Numbered from the stretch's first letter, positions 37,767 through 51,729 are shown. The stretch: 64,000 nucleotides of DNA from Octopus bimaculoides (GCF_001194135.2 NC_068982.1:164460227-164524226), one strand, 5' to 3'. Notes: generated by a model not told the origin, from the letters alone. Made by a program: numbers and translations.

Positions 37767-39639
37767 NNNNNNNNNNNNNNNNNNNNNNNNNNNNNNNNNN
37801 NNNNNNNNNNNNNNNNNNNNNNNNNNNNNNNNNNNNNNNNNNNNNNNNNNNNNNNNNNATATATACACTTACACACACACACACGCACACATGTGTGTGT
37901 GTGTATGTGTTTCTACGTATGTATGAATATCTGAGTGTATGGAGTAAGCTCATTAATAGTTTATTCTCTTGACACTTTCATATGTATTTCTGTGAACAGG
38001 AAAGCAATATTTCTGTTTATGTCAGGTTCTATATTAATTTACATTTGTTTTTTGGTACCATTTATACAAATACTCTAATATATATATATTTCACCTTTAT
38101 ATTAATATGCTGTAGCCACTATAGATTTGTACTATTAAGTGTGCTATTTTTCAGTAATTCAAAAGTACAGACAAGTATGTTCATATTTTGTTTGTGTCGG
38201 TTTTTACATATAATTATGTACAACGGTCACTTGAAAACGAAATGCGAACACACACTCACAGACTTAGGAAACTATCACGAGGTGATTACTCGGAAAACTT
38301 CTAATTCTGCCTAAAGCATAATTCACTAACATATAGTGGGAATTTTAACCATAACTAAGGAAATAATTCTGAGTCTGTTCCCCAGTTTACAGCGACTCTT
38401 ATTCAATACATACCTTCAACACTCAATTCCCGATGAAATGTTTCCCTCTAGGCCTGAAATGCATTATGCTTTTCCGATGCTAAAATCAAAAAGATCGAGA
38501 TATTTGTGGGAAAAGGGGAGCTTCAAATATGGCATTGGCAATATTTGAGTTGCATACAAAATTTACAAAATCGACTCAGAGTATTTTCGAATCATTTGCA
38601 ATGATATGAAAATACGACACCATAAAACAGGAATGGTGCTGAGTAGAAGGTCTGCTGGTGTTTAAAGACTACTTCATCTGACACATCCTATTGTAGACTA
38701 TTTTATGGAGTGCTAGCTAGAATGTCAAGGTGCTTACAGATGCATTTAAAGACACCAATTCAGGACCATTGAATCTCAAAATCTAGGATTTAATGATCTA
38801 TTAATTTTATTCTGAAGGAAAGACAATGTCTCGGTGTTGTTTGGCATGAACTCGTAAATGCACATCTTTCTAATGAAATTATGCACACTATATTATTAGA
38901 TGTCTGGGTAGAATTATAGCGCATTGCTTGCAACGTTATTAATGCGATTTACCACCCTATTATTATTAGGTGTACCATCTTTGAGTTACTTATCTTTATA
39001 CATATAGATGTGGCTTTGAAAGATGCTCGGAAAGAATGAATATCACAACTCACTGGCGTCTATTGTTGCTGCATTCTCCTAGAATTACTACCTATGTGGA
39101 AATACCGAACGAAATAAATATTCTCCCAGCTCTGTTCGATGAATTGATATTGTAATGGTTACAGTATAATAACAAAAAAGAATGGTAATCTATCAAAGGC
39201 GCATAGTCAGATTTCGGAAATCTACCTTATAAGTGGCGGAAAATTGAATAGAAGAGTTAGAGAGGAGAACTCTAAAATCGTCGACTTTGTCCAAGTAGGA
39301 CCCTTAAATTAATAGCAAATTCACACAAAGTATAACTACCATTGAAAACTGCTGTTTGGTGCAGAATTTGAAGGCTTGATATTCAGATTGTTGGGTCTAG
39401 GGTTTAAAGTAGTGAAAGCAGCTATGGGATTCGTGGAGCACACTGTGTATATAGCCACTGTAAACATTGATGACCGAGATTAAACGCGGTGTGTTAAAAG
39501 CCGTTTATGAAATTGTAAACGGTGATAAATGAGTTACAGATGATAAGGGTTGGATAGTGAGGAATCTAGAATAAATATCGTCATATTCAAGAGGATAATC
39601 GTCCGACTAAAGCACTGTTGTTAGGAAGACAACCGAGCA

Positions 39640-40180
39640 AAGGAAGCTGCAGTTGAGTATGTTTTGGATAACGAAACCAGACAAGATGTAATTTGTCCTC
39701 TATATTTTGCACGGAAAGCTTTCATTCCTGGCGAATATAAAAAAGATATGATTGGAGTAGCATTGCTGATTGCCATTGTTACAGAAGTAAAACATCAGTT
39801 CATCTTCATTCACATGTTCAAGAAGTATGCATTCATCCTTTGTACTGTATGCCTAGAGGCATAACCATGTCTTCAGTATCCTTGACCTAAAATAACAATC
39901 CAGTAATATCAATGGAATGGAAGTCGATTCTAAGATGTGTCGTATGATTCCAAAAAGGGGACGAATTGCGATGTAAGAACATAGGCAATAGATATAGAGG
40001 CGCATATTTTGCATGGTGGTAATGATTGAAAGAAGCACTTGTGTTTCTAGACCACATTGTAGTAGCGAAATTAAAACTGACCTTATAGTGTGGTCTAAGG
40101 ATATGAAAGGATAGTTCTAAACTATGGAGGCCTTGGTAAATTAAATTTGGCGATAAAAGATTTATTGCTTCCACTAGAGG
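39640..40180 (+). mobile_element. Possible very old L1/Tx1-like LINE remnant
   Basis: ETRQDVICPLYFA resembles GTRQGCPLSPLLF, and YGGLGKLNL resembles GGLGLPNL, in the correct order; the intervening sequence is unrecognisable. Confidence 0.35.
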
Positions 40181-41227
40181 TGAAATGTTTTGAGTGCGTT
40201 CCGCGAAGTCTTACGCATTTGGAACATTGGAGTTAGGAAGGACAACAGACAAGTTATTCGGGAATTGAAAAGCGGAATAAAAGATCTCCCCCGCATGATT
40301 ATACCAAAGGCTTGTGATTGAAAGGCAAGCGCCAACGACTAAGAGACCATATTAATTGTTAAATGACTGTATTGGTTACAGATTTATTTGGTTTGGTGCA
40401 GTTGATGTATGGATAGCAGAAGGAAAGAAAATTATCATGCTTCCGTGTGGGGCAAAATCATCGGAAATTCTTTGGTAGCACTTATGCTATTTTCCATTTG
40501 TAGAAAAAATCGTGTCCTCCCCGTGGACACTTCATGCAAGAAGTGTCCCGATTAAAAGTTGAATGCAAGGTGTATCAATACATTGACGCACCTCATACAT
40601 TCACACACATGTATATATATATGTGTGTGTATGTAATATATGTATGTATTCACAATTTATATATATGAGTGTTTGTATGTGTGCGCGTGAGTTTGTGTGT
40701 GTGTGTTTGCGTGTGTGTACGTGTGTGCGTGTGTGTGTGTGAGTGTTTGTGCATACATGATAAGTCTATGTGTTAATAAACGTTTTCTATGATAGAAATA
40801 TGAATTCAATATTGCTTCAATTGAATATTTCTTTAGTCAAAGAAACCATTCAATATTGTTCATGTCGAGAAGTTTTATACCAATGTTAAACTATTAATTT
40901 ATTTTTCTGTTTTCGTTTATTAAATTATAATATATTTTCAAATTCAACATGATTTAGTGATGTAAATTTTAGAAGTGTTTTGTTGTGAAGTAATATATTT
41001 CTCTCAATATGAATACAGAAAGCATTGCAAAAGAACTATGCAAAAAACAGAAACGAAGATAAAGATTTTCGCAAGAAGCAGTAAAATTTGACACGGAAAC
41101 GAATTTTCTTCTTCCATCCAATATTTTTTTTATTATTGCTGAAATTTAAAAGTGGTAGAAAACCTGATTTTCTGTGATTTATTAGCTCCCAGTGCGACGT
41201 TTGATGAGGAATACATACATTCATACA

Positions 41228-41263
<36 letters not shown>

Positions 41264-42304
41264 NNNNNNNNNNNNNNNNNNNNNNNNNNNNNNNNNNNNN
41301 NNNNNNNNNNNNNNNNNNNNNNNNNNNNNNNNNNNNNNNNNNNNNNNNNNNNNNNNNNNNNNNNNNNNNNNNNNNNNNNNNNNNNNNNNNNNNNNNNNNN
41401 NNNNNNNNNNNNNNNNNNNNNNNNNNNNNNNNNNNNNNNNNNNNNNNNNNNNNNNNNNNNNNNNNNNNNNNNNNNNNNNNNNNNNNNNNNNNNNNNNNNN
41501 NNNNNNNNNNNNNNNNNNNNNNNNNNNNNNNNNNNNNNNNNNNNNNNNNNNNNNNNNNNNNNNNNNNNNNNNNNNNNNNNNNNNNNNNNNNNNNNNNNNN
41601 NNNNNNNNNNNNNNNNNNNNNNNNNNNNNNNNNNNNNNNNNNNNNNNNNNNNNNNNNNNNNNNNNNNNNNNNNNNNNNNNNNNNNNNNNNNNNNNNNNNN
41701 NNNNNNNNNNNNNNNNNNNNNNNNNNNNNNNNNNNNNNNNNNNNNNNNNNNNNNNNNNNNNNNNNNNNNNNNNNNNNNNNNNNNNNNNNNNNNNNNNNNN
41801 NNNNNNNNNNNNNNNNNNNNNNNNNNNNNNNNNNNNNNNNNNNNNNNNNNNNNNNNNNNNNNNNNNNNNNNNNNNNNNNNNNNNNNNNNNNNNNNNNNNN
41901 NNNNNNNNNNNNNNNNNNNNNNNNNNNNNNNNNNNNNNNNNNNNAGACGCGTTTCTGGATTATGAGCGATAGTACTCAATTTCCTTCATCGGTATGATAT
42001 TCTAGTAGTAAATTCGACTATGCTAGCAAACTGTGCATGCATGAACGAATGAACATTCATTCATGCATCGGCACAACCTGAAAGCACAACCGAACCTACC
42101 TCGACCAGCCAGTCCACTATTTCCTCCTCAAGAAATTACCATGTGCGTCACAAGCAATACCGCAGAAAATTTGCGGTTTACTATCAGGGAGTGAATAATT
42201 ATTACAATTAAAAGGGTAAAGGTTTATCAATTTATTAATTTATTAATAAATCAACAATTAATAATTTTTACCAAGCCCTTCGGTATGTGTGTGTGTGTGT
42301 GCCA

Positions 42305-42730
42305 GGAGACTGCGAAAAATTTGAAAAGCTCTCATGATAAAAGAGAACAGAGAAGCCTGGGTTACAGAAAATATAAAAGCAAAACCTAAAACCTTCTTTA
42401 AGCATACCAAAGAAACTGCTTCCGTTAGTTGCATGGTAGGGACACTCATCAATAAAATTGATTACCTCACGGGTAACCCAATGAGGATAAGTGAAACGCT
42501 GAAGGAACAATTTCAATGTGTTTTCACCTCACTTGTAAGTCACCAAACTTATAGAGTTCTTAACCATTGCACATTTAGAAAAGGGGGCAGTAGCAATTGA
42601 TTACATCAACATCGGAGAAGATTTACTACTGATCATGGATGAGGTAAACGCAAACTCAGCTGCTGGTCCGGGTGGATTCCCGGTAATCCTTCTCAAATCA
42701 TGCAAAAAACCCTTGCAAAACCACAACGTA
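42305..42730 (+). mobile_element. CR1-like LINE fragment (EN-RT linker)
   Basis: AWVTENIKAKPKTFFK...ISETLKEQFQCVFTS...NSAAGPGGFPVILLKSC, homologous to 53350-53700. Confidence 0.75.
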
Positions 42731-44036
42731 ATGATAATTATGTACCTGAAAAACACAGTTACAGGAGGAATAACATGTGTATTTCCACTGTGGCATCATT
42801 ATAGGTAAACGAACATATGATATATAGAAATAAGTAGGTTTAAACGAACAAACCCAGTAAGGTTACACCGTCGTCTTATTTTTCTTTCGTTGTGTGTACA
42901 CACTAAACGCTGAATAAATTGAGAAAATTTACGCAAGAGCGTAAATTATTGGTGGAGTGGCATGTAGACATACACATTCCTGAGAGCAAAAACTGACAAA
43001 ATATTTAGAAAGATATATGTACGTACATTTTGTTAGTTAATTGTGAAACGTTAGTTTGTTTATAATTTTCTAGCTAACTATTATATTGGCAGCTTCGCTT
43101 GGATAGCTGTAATGGATTATTATGACATAAAAACTTTGTGGTTTTAGTGTCTGTATACCATATTTTTCTGTACCATATTTACACCATATATTTAGTGTAG
43201 CGTTTCTGTGCGATGAATTCATATGTAGTTGAAGTGAATGTATATATTTCTTTATATAGGAAAATTATATATATATTTTTACATACATATGCACACACAC
43301 ACACAAACACACATACACACGCACTCTCATATTAAATTATTGCATTCATGTTTAATAAACCAAACCAGTCGTTGCTTTTCATTTGATCCATTCCACTCAT
43401 AAACAGCAGTTAATGAAAGAGATATATGTGAACAGAAATTGATCTAGCTGCAGTGAAACTTCATAAACAATTTTTCATCAGAAAAGAATTGCATGTATTC
43501 ATCTTACAGTAATGTATGTAACGGAAAAGCATTATTGAAGTTCACATGTTGCTCTGCGTTGAAATAATGCTTTCAGGGCAATCTATTTCGCAGCGGCGGA
43601 AATTATTTTTGAAATATAATATATACCAAGGATGTTGCAGAAGTTGACTATACCGTGGAATGTCCACGCATCAAGCTAGTTAGAGATAATGAAGCGATGC
43701 AGACCAATCTTTGAACATAGGAAATTTAACCTAATGTACTACGGGAAGTTTAAATATGTAATCGAAGTTCAAAGATAACGCGACTTCACAATCACTTGAA
43801 ACAGATATGTTTGAAGTAGATGGACTTGTTCAGAAAGTCCACAATGAAAGTTCCAGAAAACGCGAATATCGACGAGCCTCCCAAACCAAGATAGTGTACT
43901 AGAAATGCAAGGTTATCAGTTAAATATGCTTGGGATATGTTCAAACCAATAAGAAAGCCATTCACTGTCATTTGTCATGGAGGAAATTTCTTACTGTAGA
44001 CAAATGGTGTAAATACACCAAAATCGCCTACGCAGA

Positions 44037-44083
44037 CTGTGAGATGAAGGCATTTAAGAGAGGTTATCACCTCTCAGTCACAT
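44037..44083 (-). ncRNA. Degenerate mirror hammerhead, likely inactive
   Basis: Reverse complement ATGTGA-CTGA.GA-GGTGA-TAACC-TCTCT-TAA-ATG-CCTT-CAT-C-TCACAG: one core base deleted, GAAA changed to TAAA. Confidence 0.6.
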
Positions 44084-44298
44084 AAACTGGACAGAGTCTG
44101 CAGCGAGATTGTCTCCCTTTGTGACATCCCAGTCATCGTACAATGACTGATAGCGATACGGCGGTTCACCGTTAACAAATTAGTGGGGTGAAGCGTTAAG
44201 CAGTGATATGCATAAATGCGCTACCAGTCATTGTACGATGACTGAGATATAAGAGAGACAATGTCCATTGTCAACTTGCAGCGTATCCTGTTCCGTTC

Positions 44299-44346
44299 CT
44301 GTGACTGAAGAGGAGATAACCTCTCCGAAATGCTTTCATCTCACAG
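44299..44346 (+). ncRNA. Type I hammerhead ribozyme with a canonical core
   Basis: CTGTGA | CTGAAGA | GGAGA-TAACC-TCTCC | GAA | ATG-CTTT-CAT | C | TCACAG: 6-bp stem I, 5-bp stem II, 3-bp stem III, AUC triplet; predicted cleavage after C44340. Confidence 0.8.
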
Positions 44347-44920
44347 TCTGGGTAGATGGCGTTGCCAGCTGACTTTGGTGTATTTACACCATTTGTCTAC
44401 AGCGAGAAATTTTCCCCATAACAAAACTCATTGAATAGCTTGCTTACTGGTTCGAACATGCCCCAAGTATACATGAATTGGTAATAATCTTGCATTTATA
44501 CATATAACTGCTTAGCGCTGCCACGATGTACTACAAATATATGACCAGTGTTCAAAAGCAACAAACCAGTATTATAAAATAATGCAACAACGAAATACAC
44601 AACCACAATAATGACATACATATATATGCACAGAAGCGTGCATGCAAATGCACTCAACGTAACAATGCATCCATATATACTATTTTCTTCATTCTGGTGT
44701 CACTATGTACACACACTAAATCCCAAATATTTAGTCATACACACTAATAGCACAAAAACCCATATGCATATATATACATGTGTACTGTGATACGCGCGCG
44801 TACTGACCCTGCATTATCCTTTATGTTATCTTACACGTATTAAACATTATACCTTCTCTGTCACTTTCAGTTATGTTTAAAAAATGCATGCTATCCTTTT
44901 CAAGTATCACCTAACGAGTT

Positions 44921-45319
44921 TACTCTTTTAATCTTTTACTTGTTTCAGTCATTTGACTGCGGCCATGCTGGGGCACCGCCTTTTGTCGAGCAAATCGACC
45001 CCAGGACTTATTCTTTGTAAGCCTAGTACTTATTCTATCAGTCTTTTTTGCCGAACTGCTAGGTTACGGGTGCGTAAATACACCAGCATCGGTTGTCAAG
45101 CGAAGTTGGTGGGGACAAACACAGACACACAGACATATACACACACATATATATATATATACGACGGGCTTCTTTCAGTTTCCGCCTACCAAATCCACTC
45201 ACAAGGCTTTGGTCGGCCCGAGACTATAGTAGAAGACACTTGTCCAAGGCGCTACGCAGTGGGACTGAACCCGGAACCATGTGGTTGGTAAGCGAGCTAC
45301 TTACCACACAGCCACTCCT
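44921..45319 (-). mobile_element. Full-length tRNA-derived SINE
   Basis: Reverse complement starts aggagtggctgtgtggtaag and has B box ggttcagtccc; colinear with 32730-33140. Confidence 0.9.
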
Positions 45320-45665
45320 GCGTCTATATTTCTCTGTTACATCCATTTTTGTTCTTCTCGACACTTTCATATNNNNNNNNNNNNNNNNNNNNNNNNNNNN
45401 NNNNNNNNNNNNNNNNNNNNNNNNNNNNNNNNNNNNNNNNNNNNNNNNNNNNNNNNNNNNNNNNNNNNNNNNNNNNNNNNNNNNNNNNNNNNNNNNNNNN
45501 NNNNNNNNNNNNNNNNNNNNNNNNNNNNNNNNNNNNNNNNNNNNNNNNNNNNNNNNNNNNNNNNNNNNNNNNNNNNNNNNNNNNNNNNNNNNNNNNNNNN
45601 NNNNNNNNNNNNNNNNNNNNNNNNNNNNNNNNNNNNNNNNNNNNNNNNNNNNNNNNNNNNNNNNN

Positions 45666-45732
<67 letters not shown>

Positions 45733-46388
45733 CTCTCACTCTCTCCTTTTCTTTCCCCCTCTGTCTCACATGCATGTGTATATATAAAACAACACGAAGA
45801 CACTATACTTTCGATGAACTACACTATAGAAGTCCTAAATATTTCTTATATATCTTCGTATATTGATTCAATCAGATGTATGACGCAAGTGATAAAAAAA
45901 GATAGTTAAATTTTGGCTTGACAAAATTGGGCAGAGAAATATACATACTAATAAAGAACATATGATATAATTTATCGTCTCCGTTTTTGTTGTTTTGTTC
46001 GAAAAAGAAAAACTTTCCTTCAAGATACTGTGCAAACTGACCAGGAAGGCAACGTCTCTACAGCAGCGAGCATAGCTAGATCATCGATGATTTCGCATTT
46101 CCTGTAATGCACATCAGTGGTTCTCATTGAACCTAGGCTTAAACTCAACTCACCTGGTCAGTTTATAAGATTTCCGTTGAAATTACACGCTGATTTCATA
46201 ACTGGTAAAAGTGGAAATTATAAATAATGTGATCTGTCTCCCTTGTCAGTCATTAGGGTAGTTGCTGTTTGTGGCTATTGAGTTGTTTTAACGCTCATTT
46301 CTAGCAATACCGATGCTAATTAGTGCCTTTGTCACTTTATTCACGTCTATATTTCTGCCCTAAGGTTGTAAAATTGCGAATAAGCCAT

Positions 46389-46427
<39 letters not shown>

Positions 46428-46840
46428 NNNNNNNNNNNNNNNNNNNNNNNNNNNNNNNNNNNNNNNNNNNNNNNNNNNNNNNNNNNNNNNNNNNNNNNNN
46501 NNNNNNNNNNNNNNNNNNNNNNNNNNNNNNNNNNNNNNNNNNNNNNNNNNNNNNNNNNNNNNNNNNNNNNNNNNNNNNNNNNNNNNNNNNNNNNNNNNNN
46601 NNNNNNNNNNNNNNNNNNNNNNNNNNNNNNNNNNNNNNNNNNNNNNNNNNNNNNNNNNNNNNNNNNNNNNNNNNNNNNNNNNNNNNNNNNNNNNNNNNNN
46701 NNNNNNNNNNNNNNNNNNNNNNNNNNNNNNNNNNNNNNNNNNNNNNNNNNNNNNNNNNNNNNNNNNNNNNNNNNNNNNNNNNNNNNNNNNNNNNNNNNNN
46801 NNNNNNNNNNNNNNNNNNNNNNNNNNNNNNNACGATACAA

Positions 46841-48033
46841 TCTCTTTATTTCCTATCGTAGATGGGCAGATTTGCTATCTTACTCTAATGGGCGTTATGT
46901 TCGTCTGTCCGTCTCTTTATCTGCTTCCTTTTCACCGCCGGACGGCTGGACCAATAGTTACCATATTTTTCGGAATCACGAAAACTTTCGTCAGGAAGGT
47001 TTTTGGCATAAAAATGCAGAAAGCATGATATCTTCGTGGGTATCGATTTTTGAATTGATAAACCACCTTCGCATTTTTATTAAAAATTCACCGACCATGT
47101 GTAACTCTGCATTTTCATTGTAGAATTCGTGGTCCCATCGTAGATACGAAGGGGGCGTGACGATGATTAATAGCGAAAATAAAATGGAAAATATGTGTGT
47201 CGATATGTAGTGTTTGTGATTATTTAGTGGTTATTGAAGTGCATGAGTCTCGAGCAGGATTCGAAAAGGCTAATCGAAGCGGCTGTTGTTTACATCTCAG
47301 ATTTGTCAATCAAAATATACCATGGTACCAGAACATCCAGACGTTATTCCCATAGAACAATGAGAAGTGAGTCTTAGTTTGCTGTTTTCCAACCCTAAAG
47401 AATCCGCTTGCGCATTCACAGCAAACGAGGCACAGAGCCAGGCTGTAGATCGCGTAGATGTATTTTTACCCACTCCTATGTTTACACACGGCCAGTTATA
47501 CGTAGCTATGAGTAGAGCAACGGACTCCTTTAATTTGAAAATTACTGTCGACCAAACAGAAAATATCGTCTAAAAAGAAGTTTTGTAATCATATTGATAT
47601 TATCGAAAGGAATATGATTCATAATTCATGAGAAAATTTGTGAACTTTGAATGTATAAGAGTCTAAACAAGCCTAAAATAATGTACACGACTAAAATACA
47701 AGTATATCTAAATAACATTTCTTTTCTTAATACTTTTTATGTAGTGGTCGAAGGAAGCTCTGAATTTTCGTTAGGAGTGGACCACATAACCGTTCATGAT
47801 ACAGTGGGTGGGAGCCTATTTCAGTTCGGGAGTGAATCGTGATCGCATGTCACTTAGCCGCAAACATATGTCATATAGCTGCAATAGAATACTGTATCAA
47901 CAACAACAATGTGATTTCCCGAAGACATCCCCCAGAAATCTATCAAGTCCATTTACACATTTCTCAATACATACTGCTGTTATGAACCCCCTCCCTCCTT
48001 TTTGCCTCGATCGTAGACGGGTAGACTTGCTAG
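46841..48033 (+). mobile_element. Internally deleted Helitron with a PIF1-like helicase C-terminal remnant
   Basis: AFTANEAQSQAVDRVDVFLPTPMFTHGQLYVAMSRA...TENIV*KEV (47410-47580). 3' end has an imperfect hairpin then CTAG|T (48030-34). Candidate 5' end is A|TC at 46841. Confidence 0.8.
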
Positions 48034-48070
48034 TATATACATACATATATATATATATATAAATATATAC

Positions 48071-48139
<69 letters not shown>

Positions 48140-48652
48140 NNNNNNNNNNNNNNNNNNNNNNNNNNNNNNNNNNNNNNNNNNNNNNNNNNNNNNNNNNNNN
48201 NNNNNNNNNNNNNNNNNNNNNNNNNNNNNNNNNNNNNNNNNNNNNNNNNNNNNNNNNNNNNNNNNNNNNNNNNNNNNNNNNNNNNNNNNNNNNNNNNNNN
48301 NNNNNNNNNNNNNNNNNNNNNNNNNNNNNNNNNNNNNNNNNNNNNNNNNNNNNNNNNNNNNNNNNNNNNNNNNNNNNNNNNNNNNNNNNNNNNNNNNNNN
48401 NNNNNNNNNNNNNNNNNNNNNNNNNNNNNNNNNNNNNNNNNNNNNNNNNNNNNNNNNNNNNNNNNNNNNNNNNNNNNNNNNNNNNNNNNNNNNNNNNNNN
48501 NNNNNNNNNNNNNNNNNNNNNNNNNNNNNNNNNNNNNNNNNNNNNNNNNNNNNNNNNNNNNNNNNNNNNNNNNNNNNNNNNNNNNNNNNNNNNNNNNNNN
48601 NNNNNNNNNNNNNNNNNNNNNNNNNNNNNNNNNNNNNNNNNNNNNNNNNNNN

Positions 48653-48686
<34 letters not shown>

Positions 48687-51056
48687 AACATATATACGTA
48701 CATACACATATATAAATATTCATATATTCATATATCCTTGTGAATCTGCATCTATCTATCTATATATATGAATGAATTCATATGAGAAAAGTAATAAGGA
48801 ATGTTTAAAAATACAATAACGAGAGTACTACAAAATTTTCTCGCACTTACAGAAAAAAAAATCTTGAAGATGTTGGTTATGTTTTTTAAGATTCCTTGGA
48901 CAATACTTCACGTAGGCGCGACGTCATATATTTTCGAAAAAGCTGTACCTACTATACATATATAACGGTAAACAACGCATACTTACACAATCACACACAT
49001 ACATGTACATATACTTACATACAGACACGTAGACAGACACTAAGAAAGCTATGCAAATACAGAGGCTCACAAATATATGCAAATACATAGCAAGACATAT
49101 TTTCTACAAATATAAGCACTAAAAAATACAAGAAAAACTATTAGATATTTCTGAATATATAATATATTGTTATTATTAGAAATCGTTGAGAGGAATTATG
49201 CAGCTAAAATTAAAATAAAATCAAAATAAAAAGTAAAGTTATTCCTTGCAGTTAGAGCGAGGAAAAAACAACAAATTATGTTTTTCGTAATTATTCTATT
49301 TTTACAATCAAACTTATTTCCTCATCAATAATTCAATATGATAATCATTCTAAAGAGTTAATTAATCAATAAGTTGAAATAATCGAGTTAGTGTTATTCT
49401 GTGAAACACCATATTGTATTACTTCTTACTCATAAGATATATTTCGTGACTAGAATTGAAACTTGCGATTTTTTTCTCCGGCATTGAAGTTCTCTTCACA
49501 ATCTTCATAATATAATCGATTTCTTATGGCTGTTTTTCAATTCTTTATTAATACTGTTTGATGACCCTATTAATTATTTTTTTCTGCTGGGAGACTTGTA
49601 AAAGAATTAACAGAGTTTGTATATGAATGCTAAATTGGTAGCTTGCATTGTTGGAGGGAAGGTAACTTAGTTATATTGTTTGCAGAAATGAAGCTAGCAT
49701 GCTTCCTGTATTTACAGAGTGACGCTAACCTGGTGATTTTGCTTAATGGGGAGATCTTTATGATGCATTTTATTTACGAAGAGAAACAAACTCGATAGAT
49801 TGGTTTGTCAGGGGAGATTAAGCGATTGCTGAAATTAGCTGGAAAATTTCTCTGAACAGAAATTACACATTCTTTGAAACGAGGACAATATGCATTTCTT
49901 TTTTAAATTCCAAAGAAACATGCCACCAAAGCACGAAGCTGGATACTTTAAAATATCGATCTGGTGAGAACAATTTCATCCATGTTATTCAATTTTATAT
50001 TGATTGTCTTTTTATTTGAATGTAGAGCGAAATTTGGCACGCAATCGGTATTGTAACCTTCATTAGAATATCTCCCATCATCGCAGTGTGAGTGTTTTTA
50101 CTAGGTTATTAACTAGAATTCCATTTTGCCATATTCCATTTGTCTTCTCATACATGTTATATTAGTAAAATAATTCACAATTATGTAAGGCAAATTAACC
50201 AGCATGTTCTGTAAGATAGATTAGTAACAGAAACAGTAGTTTCGTACCCAGCTGAATCGATCGAATTAATGTAAAAACTGCAGTGTGGTATAATTGGTAA
50301 TATATAGGAAAAATTAGAATATGCTTTTGAATATGTGTATGACTCTTCAAAACAAAAGAAGACGGATTTTAAAGCAACAAACATTTAAAGCACATTTTGA
50401 TTATTGGGGCTGTCTTAGAACAGAATTCTAATTACTATAGGTGAAAATTGTCGGAATGCAATTTGTAAAAGTTACATGAATGGAAGTTAGGAATCACTAT
50501 TATGTATGTCTGGATATTTTCCTCCACGAGTCAAAATAATAACTCAAAATTCTCAGTAGATAATTTTAGAGCCACTTAGTCAACATCAATATTGTAATCA
50601 TTCCATTTATTAAAAAATAGAATCTGAATTGCAAGATTACCGGCTGCTATTTATTGTTCTATTTAGTATTTATCATCTTTTCATATTAAGAGCTTTATCC
50701 TTTCCCTGCAAATATGAATCTACACGATAAAAACTTGAATCGAAGAATTTTAAGTCGGTTATGCTTTATTTACTAAATATACCATAAAAACAATGATTCA
50801 TGTGAATGAAATGACATTAATAACCCTATGACTAAATATAGTGAATTAATAATACAGAGCAAAAACCTCACGTATACATGTATGACTCAGCGTATATACA
50901 TATATATATATACACATGTGTGCATGTCCTATATCCACAAATATGTGTGTGTGTATGTGTGTGTGTGTGTGTTTGTGTGTTTCTGTGTGTATGTCTATGT
51001 GAGTGTGTATATAGACAAGCAAGCACATATAAATGTATGTATATATGTATTTATGT

Positions 51057-51515
51057 AGGAGTGGCTGCGTGGTAAAACATTTGCTTATCAATCACTTGGT
51101 TCCGGGTTCAGTCCTACTGCGTGGCACACTGGGCAAGTGTTTTCTACTATAGCCTCGGTCGACCAAAGCCTTGTGAGTGGATTTGATAGATGGAAAGAAG
51201 CCCATCGTATATGTATATATATATATATATATATACATATATACATATACAGACACACAAATACATATATACATACACACACATACACACACACATATAT
51301 ATGTATTTGTGTCTCTGTGTTTGTTCCACAAACATCGCACGACAACCGATGTTGGTGTGTTTACGTCACCGTAAATTAGCGGTTCGGCAAAAGAAACCGA
51401 TAGAACAAGTACTAGGCTTATAAAGAATAAGTCCTGGGGTCGATTTGTTCGACTAAAGGCGGTGCTCCCGCCTAACCGCACTCGAATGACTGAAACAAGT
51501 AAAAGAATAAAAGAA
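51057..51515 (+). mobile_element. Full-length tRNA-derived SINE
   Basis: A box tggctgcgtgg, B box ggttcagtcc, 3' tail gaaacaagtaaaagaataaaag. Confidence 0.9.
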
Positions 51516-51580
51516 TATATATAAATGTATATATACACATACATATATATATATGTATATACACACATATATATGTATAT

Positions 51581-51613
<33 letters not shown>

Positions 51614-51675
51614 CATATGTATACATACATATATATGAATGTATATACATACATATACATGTGTGTATATATATA

Positions 51676-51719
<44 letters not shown>

Positions 51720-51729
51720 NNNNNNNNNN

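Larger units (their letters stand above)
43903..44497. mobile_element. ~595-bp foldback element carrying hammerhead motifs on both strands
   Basis: Perfect 29-bp inverted match 43994-44022 / 44374-44402. 28-bp match with 2 mismatches at 44128-44155 / 44219-44246. Arms also align at 43925-43964 / 44432-44471. Confidence 0.8.

Noticed and set aside
38414-38453. Minus-strand segment with good acceptor and donor
   Set aside because: Stop codons in all three frames.
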